From positions 1 through 29,562 of the forward strand of contig JACZVS010000001.1 of the NCBI GenBank assembly GCA_022572525.1: a DNA stretch of 29,562 nt. Direction: 5' to 3'. Shown here piece by piece: positions 6,988 to 15,574 of this stretch. This stretch comes from Nanobdellota archaeon (GTDB taxonomy: Archaea; Nanobdellota; Nanobdellia; Pacearchaeales; UBA12030). The notes beneath the pieces were generated by a model that ran no database searches, was not told the origin of the DNA, and worked only from the letters and a program-made list of their open reading frames with translations. The position numbers and the translations under genes are program-made. The stretch's first letter is position 1, and each line of letters opens with the position of its first letter.

Positions 6988-7911
6988 ATGAAGTATCAGA
7001 GAACAAGACGAAGGATCACGAAGATCAAGCCAGGATCAAGATCCAGAAGCTCAAAGCTGGCTTTTCTAGCTGCAGCTTCGTTACTCCTCTCTCCTAGCAC
7101 TTCTCATCAGGCCTCTGATTCTATACATCAAGAAATATACTCTCAATCTTCTTCCAATACGCTAGAAGGAAGAGTTGTCGCGAGAGAAAATGTAAATTAC
7201 ACGGAGCTAGCAGATTATGCTGGTGAGGTAGAGTCTCAGGATAGACATACAAGGGACAGATTCTTGTTATCTATGCAAAACCTTGAGAAGTATGAACTTG
7301 AACCTTTAATTGATCTTTTTTGTGATTCTTTTGGGATAAAGGAAGAAGAAGTTATTCCTTATCTTATTAATGAATCTAATTTGAATCCTAATGCCAAGAC
7401 TACTGGTGGATGTAAGGGAATTGGCCAAATGAGTAAAGGAGCTACACAGAGCGCTAATACTTATTTTAAAAAGAGATGGGGGGTTGATCTTAAACTTAAA
7501 TATGGTGGAAATAAGAGAGATCAAATAAAATCTTCTCTTGCGTATTTTGCTAAAACTTACACTATGCTGAAGGAAAAGTATCCTGGATTAGGAAGAGAGG
7601 ACCTTCTGAGTTTAGTTTACTTTTCATATAATGCAGGTAATGGCCCTGTTAATCTAGCAGTGACAAGATTGCAGAGAAAAGGGGAAGATATTGTTTGGGG
7701 GAATGTGGAGCATGAAATTACTCCTCAGCTACTTAGAGCAAGCAGTTCAAAAGAATATGCGCAATGGTCTGATAGCAGTCTAAAAAGAAAAGTTAGGATA
7801 ATTAAGGACTATGTTAAACATGCTCGGATTTACAATAGTTGCTTGCATCAACTTCCACAGATAGCTGCTGAAAAAAGGGACTACGCAATAAAATATTCTA
7901 AAGCTTCTTGA
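6988..7911 (+). CDS. Lytic transglycosylase (SLT-domain) with N-terminal signal/anchor
   Basis: Motif I INES (Glu129), motif II GIGQM, motif III SYNAG; basic then hydrophobic N-terminus. Confidence 0.85.
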   Translation: MKYQRTRRRITKIKPGSRSRSSKLAFLAAASLLLSPSTSHQASDSIHQEIYSQSSSNTLEGRVVARENVNYTELADYAGEVESQDRHTRDRFLLSMQNLEKYELEPLIDLFCDSFGIKEEEVIPYLINESNLNPNAKTTGGCKGIGQMSKGATQSANTYFKKRWGVDLKLKYGGNKRDQIKSSLAYFAKTYTMLKEKYPGLGREDLLSLVYFSYNAGNGPVNLAVTRLQRKGEDIVWGNVEHEITPQLLRASSSKEYAQWSDSSLKRKVRIIKDYVKHARIYNSCLHQLPQIAAEKRDYAIKYSKAS

Positions 7912-8702
7912 ATAGTTGAGACTTCTATTACTTCGATTCCAATTTCCTCTCCAACATTTTTTTCAATAGGAATTTTTTCTATTGTGCACACTTCATTGTT
8001 CCCTTGCATTTTGCAAGTTCTTTCCGTTTCAAATGTTGTTTCACTTCCTTGTCCTTTTGGAACTAAGAAGATAGTGGCCCCTTCATTTTTTACAGCCTCT
8101 GCTTTTGCAGAAATAGCTGAAACTCCTCCTATTCTTCCATCAGAAAATATTCTTCCTGTTATCATTACATTTTCTCTTAATTCAAGATCTTGTAGGGCAG
8201 CTATTGTTGCAATTGTTAAGGCAGCTCCTGCACTTGGTCCACCTATGCTGTCAGCTTCTGCGTAAAGTGTATAGGTTAAATCGTAATTTTCTAGATTCAA
8301 GCCAGTTAAATCAGAGGAAACTTTTTTTGCAGTTATAATGCTCTCTTGGGTGTCTGTAAAGAACAGTAAGCTGTCGATGTCTACAAGTGTTTTACCATTC
8401 CCCTCTCTTGCCTCAACTACGAGTAGTGTAACAACCCCCTTTCCTTCTCTGTCAACTGCAGGAACTTTCAGCAGAATAGCTTCTTCACTTAAGTCTGCGA
8501 TTCCAGCTTGTAAGACTGATGGCCTTTGTTCTTCTTGCAATGGTTCTAATGGCCTTTCTACAGATTGTCTTTCTACTTTAGATTGAAGATTAAAAGTTGT
8601 AGAAACTACTGCTAGGAAAAGAAGAAACATAATCCCAGTTGCGATGAATAAAAAAGAGTTCTCTTTTTTGAGTTTCTTGATTTGTTTCTGTTTGCTTCTC
8701 AT
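7881..8702 (-). CDS. Membrane-anchored Lon-type (S16) protease domain, no AAA+ module
   Basis: GGPSAG Ser and ISAKA Lys 43 residues apart; TGRIFSDGRIG; one N-terminal TM; ATG 8702 follows ATTATTAA box. Confidence 0.88.
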   Translation of the reverse strand: MRSKQKQIKKLKKENSFLFIATGIMFLLFLAVVSTTFNLQSKVERQSVERPLEPLQEEQRPSVLQAGIADLSEEAILLKVPAVDREGKGVVTLLVVEAREGNGKTLVDIDSLLFFTDTQESIITAKKVSSDLTGLNLENYDLTYTLYAEADSIGGPSAGAALTIATIAALQDLELRENVMITGRIFSDGRIGGVSAISAKAEAVKNEGATIFLVPKGQGSETTFETERTCKMQGNNEVCTIEKIPIEKNVGEEIGIEVIEVSTIQEALEYFIA

Positions 8703-8746
8703 ACTTTTATCCAAGATTGAGACTTAATAATCTTTTCTTTAAACCC

Positions 8747-9808
8747 TTAAATCACAAACTTCCCTTTGTTCTGGATAATCTTGCCATCAGCATAGATCTT
8801 GCCCCCCTTTCTTAAATCCTTGATAAAGTCAAGATGCACTGCAGATTCATTCTTGCCCCTGCATTCTTTGTAGGCTGAGCCTATGGCGAAGTGTACTGTG
8901 CCTCCTATTTTTTCATCAAATAAGATTTGTTTGACATGTCGCCTTATATTGTAATTTGTTCCTATTCCACATTCTCCAATGTAACTTGAGCCTTTGTCTG
9001 TGTTGAGAAGTGCATGTAGATAATCTTGGTTTTTCTCTGCAGTTGCCTTTACAATCTTCCCCTTTCTGAATTCAAAGTAAACTCCTTGTAACTCTTTTCC
9101 TGTAGATACAGCAGGAATGTCAAATTTTATGTGGCCTTCAACAGTTGTTTCAACAGGGGCTGTGAAGATTTCACCACCAGGCATATTAAATGCGCCATCA
9201 TCTATGATCCATACCCTTCCTTTATTACTAAAGCTAATGTCCGTGTCTTTTCCGACTACACGTATTTCTTCAGCCTTCTGAAGAACTCTCCTAAGCTTTT
9301 CCATCTTTCTGCCTATTTTCTTCCAATCTTGGATGCATGCTCCATACACGAAGTCTTCATATTCAACAAGTGACATTTCTGCTTCTTGAGCAAATGCGGC
9401 TGTTGGATAATGGACAATAACCCACTTTTTCTTTAGTCTTTCTTTATGTACTGGATGAACTGTTTTGCCTCGCAAAGAAATCTTTTTTGGATCTATATTG
9501 CTTAATTCTCTTAAGTTTCTTGCTGCGCCAATTCCTATCCAGCCATCCATTTGCTTTATTTCATAGATGGCAATTTCTGGCAGATGCTTTAGCTGTTCAG
9601 TAGAAGCATTCTTGAAGTACTGATAACTTATGCCAGGAACATCTATTTTTGTGATTGGATATGCTCCTTTTTGCACAATTTGCCTGTAAAGTTCAAGGAT
9701 TAGTGGAGAAGCTTCTGAAGAAGCACTTATCATGATACTCTCTCCCTTTTTGACTCTTACGCTATGCTCTACAAGTATTCTTGCGAGTTTTTGTATTCTT
9801 GGATCCAT
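8747..9808 (-). CDS. Aminopeptidase, M29 family (AmpS/PepS-like)
   Basis: NMPGGEIFTAP, GECGIG, FDEKIGGTVHFAIG, SAVHLD. Confidence 0.93.
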   Translation of the reverse strand: MDPRIQKLARILVEHSVRVKKGESIMISASSEASPLILELYRQIVQKGAYPITKIDVPGISYQYFKNASTEQLKHLPEIAIYEIKQMDGWIGIGAARNLRELSNIDPKKISLRGKTVHPVHKERLKKKWVIVHYPTAAFAQEAEMSLVEYEDFVYGACIQDWKKIGRKMEKLRRVLQKAEEIRVVGKDTDISFSNKGRVWIIDDGAFNMPGGEIFTAPVETTVEGHIKFDIPAVSTGKELQGVYFEFRKGKIVKATAEKNQDYLHALLNTDKGSSYIGECGIGTNYNIRRHVKQILFDEKIGGTVHFAIGSAYKECRGKNESAVHLDFIKDLRKGGKIYADGKIIQNKGKFVI

Positions 9809-9871
9809 CCTTTTCTTTTTTCTTGTTGCCTCCTTTTTATTTAAATCTTTCTTTGAATAAATCTATTTTTT

Positions 9872-10501
9872 TTAAGAAGATTTTAACCCTTTTAACTCTT
9901 TGAGATATTTAACTAAATCCGGGATTTCGGAATGTCTACGTACTCCTCTCCATGGATCTTTCACAAGTAATGGATTATCTGGATGAGCTCTTGCGCTCCA
10001 GATATCTGCATTATGGCAAACAACTGCTAATGGGCGCATAACTCTTCCTTCTGGCGTATGTTTTGTACCCTCCCCATGAATAAACTCTAAAGCATTTTTT
10101 TGTTCCTTAGTTAATTTAAAATTGTGTTCTTGTATTACTGATTCAAAAAATTCGCGTTCGGTTACATCTGGATTTTCTACATATTCCCACCCATCATTAA
10201 CTTTCTTATATCTAACAATTTTTCCAAAATCATGTAGTAGCATCACTAGTGCAATATCTCCTTTAGTATGGTCTGGATTAAATCCTATCTCTTTATCCAG
10301 TTTGTGTAAGGCTAAAGCATAGTTGGTCGCATATACTACATGGTCTAGGTATCCTCCTTTCCAAGCCTGATGTTTTGTTTTTGATCCAGGTGTTACTGCA
10401 ATACGTTCTGCATTTTGAATGTATGCATCAATTACTGGATCTTTATTTGGCGCTTCAACCAAACTTACTATTTCATATAAATTTGAGGATTCCAAAATCA
10501 T
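9872..10501 (-). CDS. HD-domain phosphohydrolase, YhaM-like core without OB fold
   Basis: KHQAWKGGYLDH, LLHDFGK, HGE, HNAD. Confidence 0.75.
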   Translation of the reverse strand: MILESSNLYEIVSLVEAPNKDPVIDAYIQNAERIAVTPGSKTKHQAWKGGYLDHVVYATNYALALHKLDKEIGFNPDHTKGDIALVMLLHDFGKIVRYKKVNDGWEYVENPDVTEREFFESVIQEHNFKLTKEQKNALEFIHGEGTKHTPEGRVMRPLAVVCHNADIWSARAHPDNPLLVKDPWRGVRRHSEIPDLVKYLKELKGLKSS

Positions 10502-10539
10502 GTCTTATATTTGCACTAAAAATATTTAAGTTTTTTGAA

Positions 10540-10612
10540 TGGGCCCACTCGGATTCGAACCGAGGATCTTCTCGGTGTAAACGAGATGTCATAACCACTA
10601 GACCATGGGCCC
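10540..10612 (-). tRNA. tRNA-Val(TAC)
   Basis: Reverse strand GGGCCCA...TCTCG-TTTACAC-CGAGA...CTCGG-TTCGAAT-CCGAG-TGGGCCC-A; no encoded CCA. Confidence 0.96.
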
Positions 10613-10705
10613 TTTTTTTACTATGCTGAGTAACTTTAAAAAACATTTGTTGAAAGAAGAAAAGCTTTAAAAGTAAGGCTGTTTAATTTAATTAGGTAGG
10701 GAAAA

Positions 10706-12520
10706 ATGGAATCTGAAGATAGAGAAAATACGTTAGCTAAGAATTTGCATGAAGTCAGTAAGCGCAAGGAATCCACTCCTAGAGAAATTTCTCCCGAGTT
10801 GAAGAAAGAGCTTGCAAAGATTAAAGAAAAAATAGAGAAATTTAGTAAAGAGGTTGTTAAGAAATTCCCTTACATTATCTCAATTGGACTGCTCCCTACT
10901 CTTCCACCAATGCATCCTAAGCAAGGTTCTCCTGTTCAAGCTCCTTCCCCAAAAGATAAAGAAAAGGAGAAGCGAAAACCAGAAGTCATCATTGTCTTTC
11001 CAGACGATAAGTTAAAGGAAGTCAAGAAGCTTGAGAAGGATGTCGCTGAAATTGTGAAGAAACAGAATCTTGCCATCAATTTTTTCACTAGATCTCCTAA
11101 AGAATTATGGCAAACTTGTTTTGATGGCCACTTTGCCGAGATGGAAAGGATAAGCATGGCGTATCCTCTTCATGATAAAGGGGTTTTATCTGCGTTAAGG
11201 GTTGCCACAATCCATAAAAATCTTGTTCTCAGGAAGTTTGAGAAGTATGTCACCTCTTATGTAATTGCTGGGAGTCTTGTCAGAGGACAGGCAACGAAGA
11301 CAAGTGATATTGATATTTATGTTGTCATAGATGATACAGATGTTAAGAGGATGCCTCGGTTTGAGCTTAAAGAAAGGCTTAGGGCTATGATCTATAGTTA
11401 TGCTTTTGAAGCAAACGAAATTGCAGCTGCAAAGAATAAACTTTCTCCCCAAGTTTATATCCTTACTGAATTTTGGGATTCTGTGAAGGATGCGAATCCC
11501 GTAATTTTCACTTTCATCCGGGATGGAGTGCCTCTCTATGATAGGGGAGCATTTATGCCATGGAAGCGTCTTTTGCAAATGGGGAAGATAAAACCCTCTC
11601 CAGAAGCTATTGATAATTTTATGTTGTTAGGAGAGAAGCTAGGTAAGAGAGTAAAGGCAGATTTACTTAGAATTGCCACAGAAGACATTTACTGGGGAAT
11701 CATTACTCCAAGTCAGGCAGCTTTAATGCTTTATGGATTGCCTCCTCCAACCCCTATTGAAACAATTGACTTAATGGAGAAAACTTTTGTTGATAAAGAG
11801 AAGCTGCTCGAGAAGAAATACATAAAAATATTGGAGAGAGTTGTTGGTCTTTATAAGGATTATGAACATGGTAAACTGAAAGAGGTTAAGGGAAAAGACA
11901 TTGATGAGTTGCTCGTAGATGCCTCCTCTTATATTAAAAGACTTAAAGTCCTAGTTAAACAAATAGAAAAGCAAGCAGGAGAAAAAACCACTCTTCAACT
12001 GTATGATGATGCTTTCTCAATTCTCAGAAAAATTCTTGGAAACGGGTCAGAACAAATAATTGTTGAAAAATTTTATAAGGAAATAGTTAACAAAGGAGAG
12101 ATGCCTCCAAAAAGCTTGGTAGTTCTAAGAGAGATTATTAAGGCAAAACAAGACTATAAGAAAGGAAAGTTGAGCAAGCAAGAGATTGATAGGGTAAGAA
12201 GAGATGGTCAAGAGTTTATCTTTGCGATTACAGAATATGAACAGAGAAAGAATCTCATACTTACAGAGAAAGCAAGGTTTAAAGTAAAGATATCTGGAAA
12301 GCTAGCAGATCTCTATATTTTTGACGATGCGTATCTTATTTCTGGAGAAAAGAAGAAGGAAGTTTTGAGAGTCAATTTGAAAAAGAAGAAGTTAGAGGCA
12401 TCTAATCTTGATGAGGTGGCAGAAAAGCTTAAGAATGTTCCAAAGCAGATTGAAGTTACTCCTGAAAAGATTAATGAGATAAGAAAAATTATAGGTAAAG
12501 AGATAACGTTTCTCTTTTGA
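10706..12520 (+). CDS. Pol-beta superfamily nucleotidyltransferase with degenerate N-terminal NTase copy, HEPN-like bundle and helical C-terminus
   Basis: IAGSLVRG-x5-SDIDIYVVIDD; LYW..SxAAL..G HEPN-like helix (IYWGIITPSQAALMLYG). Confidence 0.8.
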   Translation: MESEDRENTLAKNLHEVSKRKESTPREISPELKKELAKIKEKIEKFSKEVVKKFPYIISIGLLPTLPPMHPKQGSPVQAPSPKDKEKEKRKPEVIIVFPDDKLKEVKKLEKDVAEIVKKQNLAINFFTRSPKELWQTCFDGHFAEMERISMAYPLHDKGVLSALRVATIHKNLVLRKFEKYVTSYVIAGSLVRGQATKTSDIDIYVVIDDTDVKRMPRFELKERLRAMIYSYAFEANEIAAAKNKLSPQVYILTEFWDSVKDANPVIFTFIRDGVPLYDRGAFMPWKRLLQMGKIKPSPEAIDNFMLLGEKLGKRVKADLLRIATEDIYWGIITPSQAALMLYGLPPPTPIETIDLMEKTFVDKEKLLEKKYIKILERVVGLYKDYEHGKLKEVKGKDIDELLVDASSYIKRLKVLVKQIEKQAGEKTTLQLYDDAFSILRKILGNGSEQIIVEKFYKEIVNKGEMPPKSLVVLREIIKAKQDYKKGKLSKQEIDRVRRDGQEFIFAITEYEQRKNLILTEKARFKVKISGKLADLYIFDDAYLISGEKKKEVLRVNLKKKKLEASNLDEVAEKLKNVPKQIEVTPEKINEIRKIIGKEITFLF

Positions 12521-12522
12521 AA

Positions 12523-12780
12523 ATGGAAGGAATAGTTGTAAGTTTTAGGCGGGGTAGGCATAGGTATAAGCCACGGCAGTTTATTATTAAAGCTGACGGA
12601 GTAGAAAAGAAGGCAGATGCTGAAAAGCTTATAGGCAAGGCAGTTATTTGGAAAAGTCCTGCTGGCAAAGAAATTAAAGGTAAGCTGACCGTTTTGCATG
12701 GTAGTAAGGGCTTGTTGCGCGCTTTGTTCGAGAAAGGCTTGCCTGGCCAAGCTGTTACTGAAAAGGTTGAGATAAAATAA
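12523..12780 (+). CDS. rpl35ae: 50S ribosomal protein L35Ae (eL33)
   Basis: SFRRGRH, LIGKAVIWKSP, HGSKGLLRALF, LPGQA. Confidence 0.95.
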   Translation: MEGIVVSFRRGRHRYKPRQFIIKADGVEKKADAEKLIGKAVIWKSPAGKEIKGKLTVLHGSKGLLRALFEKGLPGQAVTEKVEIK

Positions 12781-12794
12781 AAAGTAAAAGGAAA

Positions 12795-13136
12795 ATGAGT
12801 AGTCTTTTTGAAAAGAAATGCATTCCATGTAGGGGAGGAACTCCCCACCTAGTGTTAGAGCAAATTCAACAATATCTTTCCCAAGTAGAAGGATGGAATC
12901 TGGAAGAACAAGAAGGCCACCATCAAATTATTAAAGAGCATAAATTTAGAGACTTTAAAGAAGCGCTAACCTTTGTCAATAAGGTTGGAGAAATTGCTGA
13001 GCAGGAAGGCCACCACCCCAATATTTACTTATACAGCTACAACAAAGTTAGGCTAACTCTTTACACTCATGCTATAGGTGGGTTACATGAGAATGATTTT
13101 ATTTTTGCAGCTAAAGTCGATGCACTTTCTAAATAG
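12795..13136 (+). CDS. phhB: Pterin-4-alpha-carbinolamine dehydratase family protein
   Basis: CIPC N-terminus, FRDFKEAL.FVN, AEQEGHHP, LYTHAIGGLHENDFIFAAK. Confidence 0.92.
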   Translation: MSSLFEKKCIPCRGGTPHLVLEQIQQYLSQVEGWNLEEQEGHHQIIKEHKFRDFKEALTFVNKVGEIAEQEGHHPNIYLYSYNKVRLTLYTHAIGGLHENDFIFAAKVDALSK

Positions 13137-13178
13137 AAAAAGATTTAAAAATTTTAATTGTTTTAGAACAGCAAGAAA

Positions 13179-13703
13179 ATGGCATTACGAAAAGCAATAG
13201 CTTATAGGTTTCATGAAAAACCTTACACAAGGAAAAGCAGAAAAAGGAGAAAGAACTATATCAGAACAATTCCTGGAAATAAGATAGTGAAGTTTCATAT
13301 GGGAAATATAAAGAGAAAATTTTCTATCAGGCTCTCTTTGATATGTAATGAAAAGATTCAAATGAGGGACAATTCAATTGAAGCTGCAAGAATCACAATA
13401 AATAGACATTTGGAAGATAGACTTGGAAGGAATAATTTTTATTTTTCTGTAAGAGTTTATCCTCATCATATTTTAAGAGAAAATAAAATGCTTACAGGAG
13501 CAGGAGCAGATAGAATGCAGTCTGGCATGAAGAAATCTTTTGGCAAGCCTATGGGAAGAGCTGCTCAGATGAACATAGGGGACGAGATATTTGAAGTGGG
13601 TGTTAACAACTCGGGCCTTGCTCTCGCAAAAGATGCCTTCCGAAAGGTCAAGGCAAAACTTCCTTGTACGACATCTGTTTTGTTAAAAAGAATTGGCGGG
13701 TGA
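13179..13703 (+). CDS. rpl10e: 50S ribosomal protein L10e (uL16)
   Basis: NSIEAAR, RVYPHHILRENKMLTGAGADRMQSGMKKSFGKP. Confidence 0.97.
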   Translation: MALRKAIAYRFHEKPYTRKSRKRRKNYIRTIPGNKIVKFHMGNIKRKFSIRLSLICNEKIQMRDNSIEAARITINRHLEDRLGRNNFYFSVRVYPHHILRENKMLTGAGADRMQSGMKKSFGKPMGRAAQMNIGDEIFEVGVNNSGLALAKDAFRKVKAKLPCTTSVLLKRIGG

Positions 13704-13709
13704 TTCAAT

Positions 13710-14348
13710 TCAAAACCCCTCACTTCCTCTTAACGGAACAAAAACAAAATCTCCAAGATTTTCTGTCTTAGTTTTTCCATTTTTTAGTTTCCTTACTTTC
13801 AACATCTCTTGATTATAAAGATCTCCGACAGGAGCAAGCAGAATCCCTTTTTCCTTTAACTGCTCGAGAAGATGCTTTGGCACTTCTGGAGCTGCTGCTG
13901 TCACAATTATCCTATCATAAGGAGCCTCTTCTTTATGGCCTTGACTCCCATCTTTCTCTAGAACAATAACATTCATTATTTTCGCCTTCTTCAGATTGGC
14001 TCTTGCAAATTCTGCAAGTTGAGGAATAATTTCTGTTGTTATTACCTTTCCTTTGCCGCCAATGATGTTGGCGATTAACGCAGCTTGGTAGCCGCTTCCT
14101 GTTCCTACCTCTAGGACTTTAAGCCCTTTTTTTAACTCAAGAGCTTCTGTCATGAGTGCAATTGTCGTTGGCTGGCTTATTGTCTGCCCATATCCGATTG
14201 GGAGGGGAACATCAGCATAGGCCTCTTTCTCTAGATGTTCTGAAATAAAGTTTTCTCTTTCAACTTTTTGGAATGCATCCAGAACTTTCCTATCTGTAAT
14301 TATCTTATCTTTTTTCCAATAATCTATCAGCTCTTTCACAGTGTTCAT
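13710..14348 (-). CDS. pcm: Protein-L-isoaspartate O-methyltransferase
   Basis: GYGQTISQP, VLEVGTGSGYQAA, APYDRIIVTAA, FVPL. Confidence 0.96.
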   Translation of the reverse strand: MNTVKELIDYWKKDKIITDRKVLDAFQKVERENFISEHLEKEAYADVPLPIGYGQTISQPTTIALMTEALELKKGLKVLEVGTGSGYQAALIANIIGGKGKVITTEIIPQLAEFARANLKKAKIMNVIVLEKDGSQGHKEEAPYDRIIVTAAAPEVPKHLLEQLKEKGILLAPVGDLYNQEMLKVRKLKNGKTKTENLGDFVFVPLRGSEGF

Positions 14349-14410
14349 AAATAAGTAAGCAAAACCATTCTTAAAAAGATTTTTATATCACTTTCCCTTT
14401 CTATGTAAAA

Positions 14411-14446
14411 AGAGAGAACCTTTTAGAAAAGGTTCATCAAAAAGAA
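14411..14446 (+). repeat. Palindromic interspersed element, copy A (occupies predicted 5' UTR of antiporter)
   Basis: AGA-GAACCTTTT-AG-AAAAGGTTC core (AGAGAGAACCTTTTAGAAAAGGTTCATCAAAAAGAA); TTTTTATA box at 14380-14387. Confidence 0.8.
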
Positions 14447-15505
14447 ATGTTTCCGAGTTTATGGATATCCCTTATTGCTTTAATTATCTCACTTGCTGTA
14501 TTAGTTAAGGGAGCAGATTTGTTTTTAGGTGCCGCCTCAAAGATTGCAAAGCATTTTGGAATTAGTGAATTTATTATTGGCTTGACCGTTGTTTCTGTCG
14601 GCACTTCTCTTCCGGAACTCGCAACCGCTATCACAGCATCTTTTGCAAAGACCCCTGAAATAATAATGGGTAATATTATTGGAAGCAATATTGCTAATAT
14701 TGGTTTAGTTCTCGGCATAACATTAATTTTTGTAACTGTTCTAATAAAGAAGCACGAATTTGATAGAATTTATATTATGCTGCTCTCTATTCTTTTATTT
14801 GCACTTTTTGCATCTGATCTTCAAATCTCAAGATTTGAAGCTGCGATCCTGCTGGCCTCCTTCCTATTGTATTTTGGTGGCTTCTTTAAGGTGAGAGAGA
14901 AGATTAAGCATTACAAACAATATTTTTCTTCTGCACTTGAATTAAGGGGCCTTCTCAGTTTAAAAAAACTGAGAGAGATAAGAGCGGCAAGGAAAAAAAT
15001 GCATGCTGGCGAGAGAATTTCCAAAAAGCTAGCAAGAGAGGCATATCTCTATGAAATGGTTAGAGAATCTGCAGTATTGGTAGCCGGAATTGTTCTTATT
15101 ATAGTAGGATCAAAGTTCACAATAGACTCTGCAGTTGATCTAGCCTTCTTCTTAAATGCTCCACAAGTAATAGTCGCTGCTTTGCTCATAGCTGTCGGCA
15201 CTTCTCTTCCAGAACTTTTTGTTAATCTTACCGGCATCAAGAAAGGCTACACAAAGATGGTTCTCGGCACTATTCTCGGCTCCAATATTTTTAATATCTT
15301 AGCAATAATAGGAATCGCGGGGATAATTAGTCCTATAGCTATTACAAAATCAACGCTAACGTTCTTGATTCCAGCCATGCTGATCTTTTCCTTTATACTC
15401 TTCTTTATCTTAAGGAGAGGTCACAAGATAGGAAGAATGGAGGGAATTTCTCTTACAGTACTATATGTGCTCTTCTTGCTAGGGCTCCTTTCCTCTTCCT
15501 TCTAA
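14447..15505 (+). CDS. Ca2+/cation antiporter, CaCA family (YrbG-like)
   Basis: Two alpha repeats GTSLPE followed by GNIIGSNIAN and GTILGSNIFN; ten hydrophobic segments. Confidence 0.93.
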   Translation: MFPSLWISLIALIISLAVLVKGADLFLGAASKIAKHFGISEFIIGLTVVSVGTSLPELATAITASFAKTPEIIMGNIIGSNIANIGLVLGITLIFVTVLIKKHEFDRIYIMLLSILLFALFASDLQISRFEAAILLASFLLYFGGFFKVREKIKHYKQYFSSALELRGLLSLKKLREIRAARKKMHAGERISKKLAREAYLYEMVRESAVLVAGIVLIIVGSKFTIDSAVDLAFFLNAPQVIVAALLIAVGTSLPELFVNLTGIKKGYTKMVLGTILGSNIFNILAIIGIAGIISPIAITKSTLTFLIPAMLIFSFILFFILRRGHKIGRMEGISLTVLYVLFLLGLLSSSF

Positions 15506-15543
15506 TACACGAATTATTCTAACTGGCCAGTAATAACATATCG

Positions 15544-15556
15544 AAAGGTTTATAAA
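15544..15556 (+). promoter_or_regulatory. BRE/TATA box
   Basis: AAAGG-TTTATAAA; predicted start near 15579. Confidence 0.65.
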
Positions 15557-15574
15557 GGCTAGGTACATGTTAAA

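Noticed and set aside
6903-7097. 64-aa ORF as an independent gene
   Set aside because: Overlaps the SLT gene by 110 bp in another frame and shows no recognisable features; only noted as part of the leader.
10219-10235. TTTTGGAAAAA-like strings in coding regions (also near 18088, 20288, 23226)
   Set aside because: Explained by Phe-Gly-Lys, Trp-Lys-Lys or Leu-Glu-Lys codons; lack the spacer and third arm of the repeat element.
12795-13136. Pterin dehydratase among ribosomal protein genes as a novel link
   Set aside because: Orphan PCD homologs are widespread and gene order in such genomes is loose; nothing else in the sequence supports a connection.
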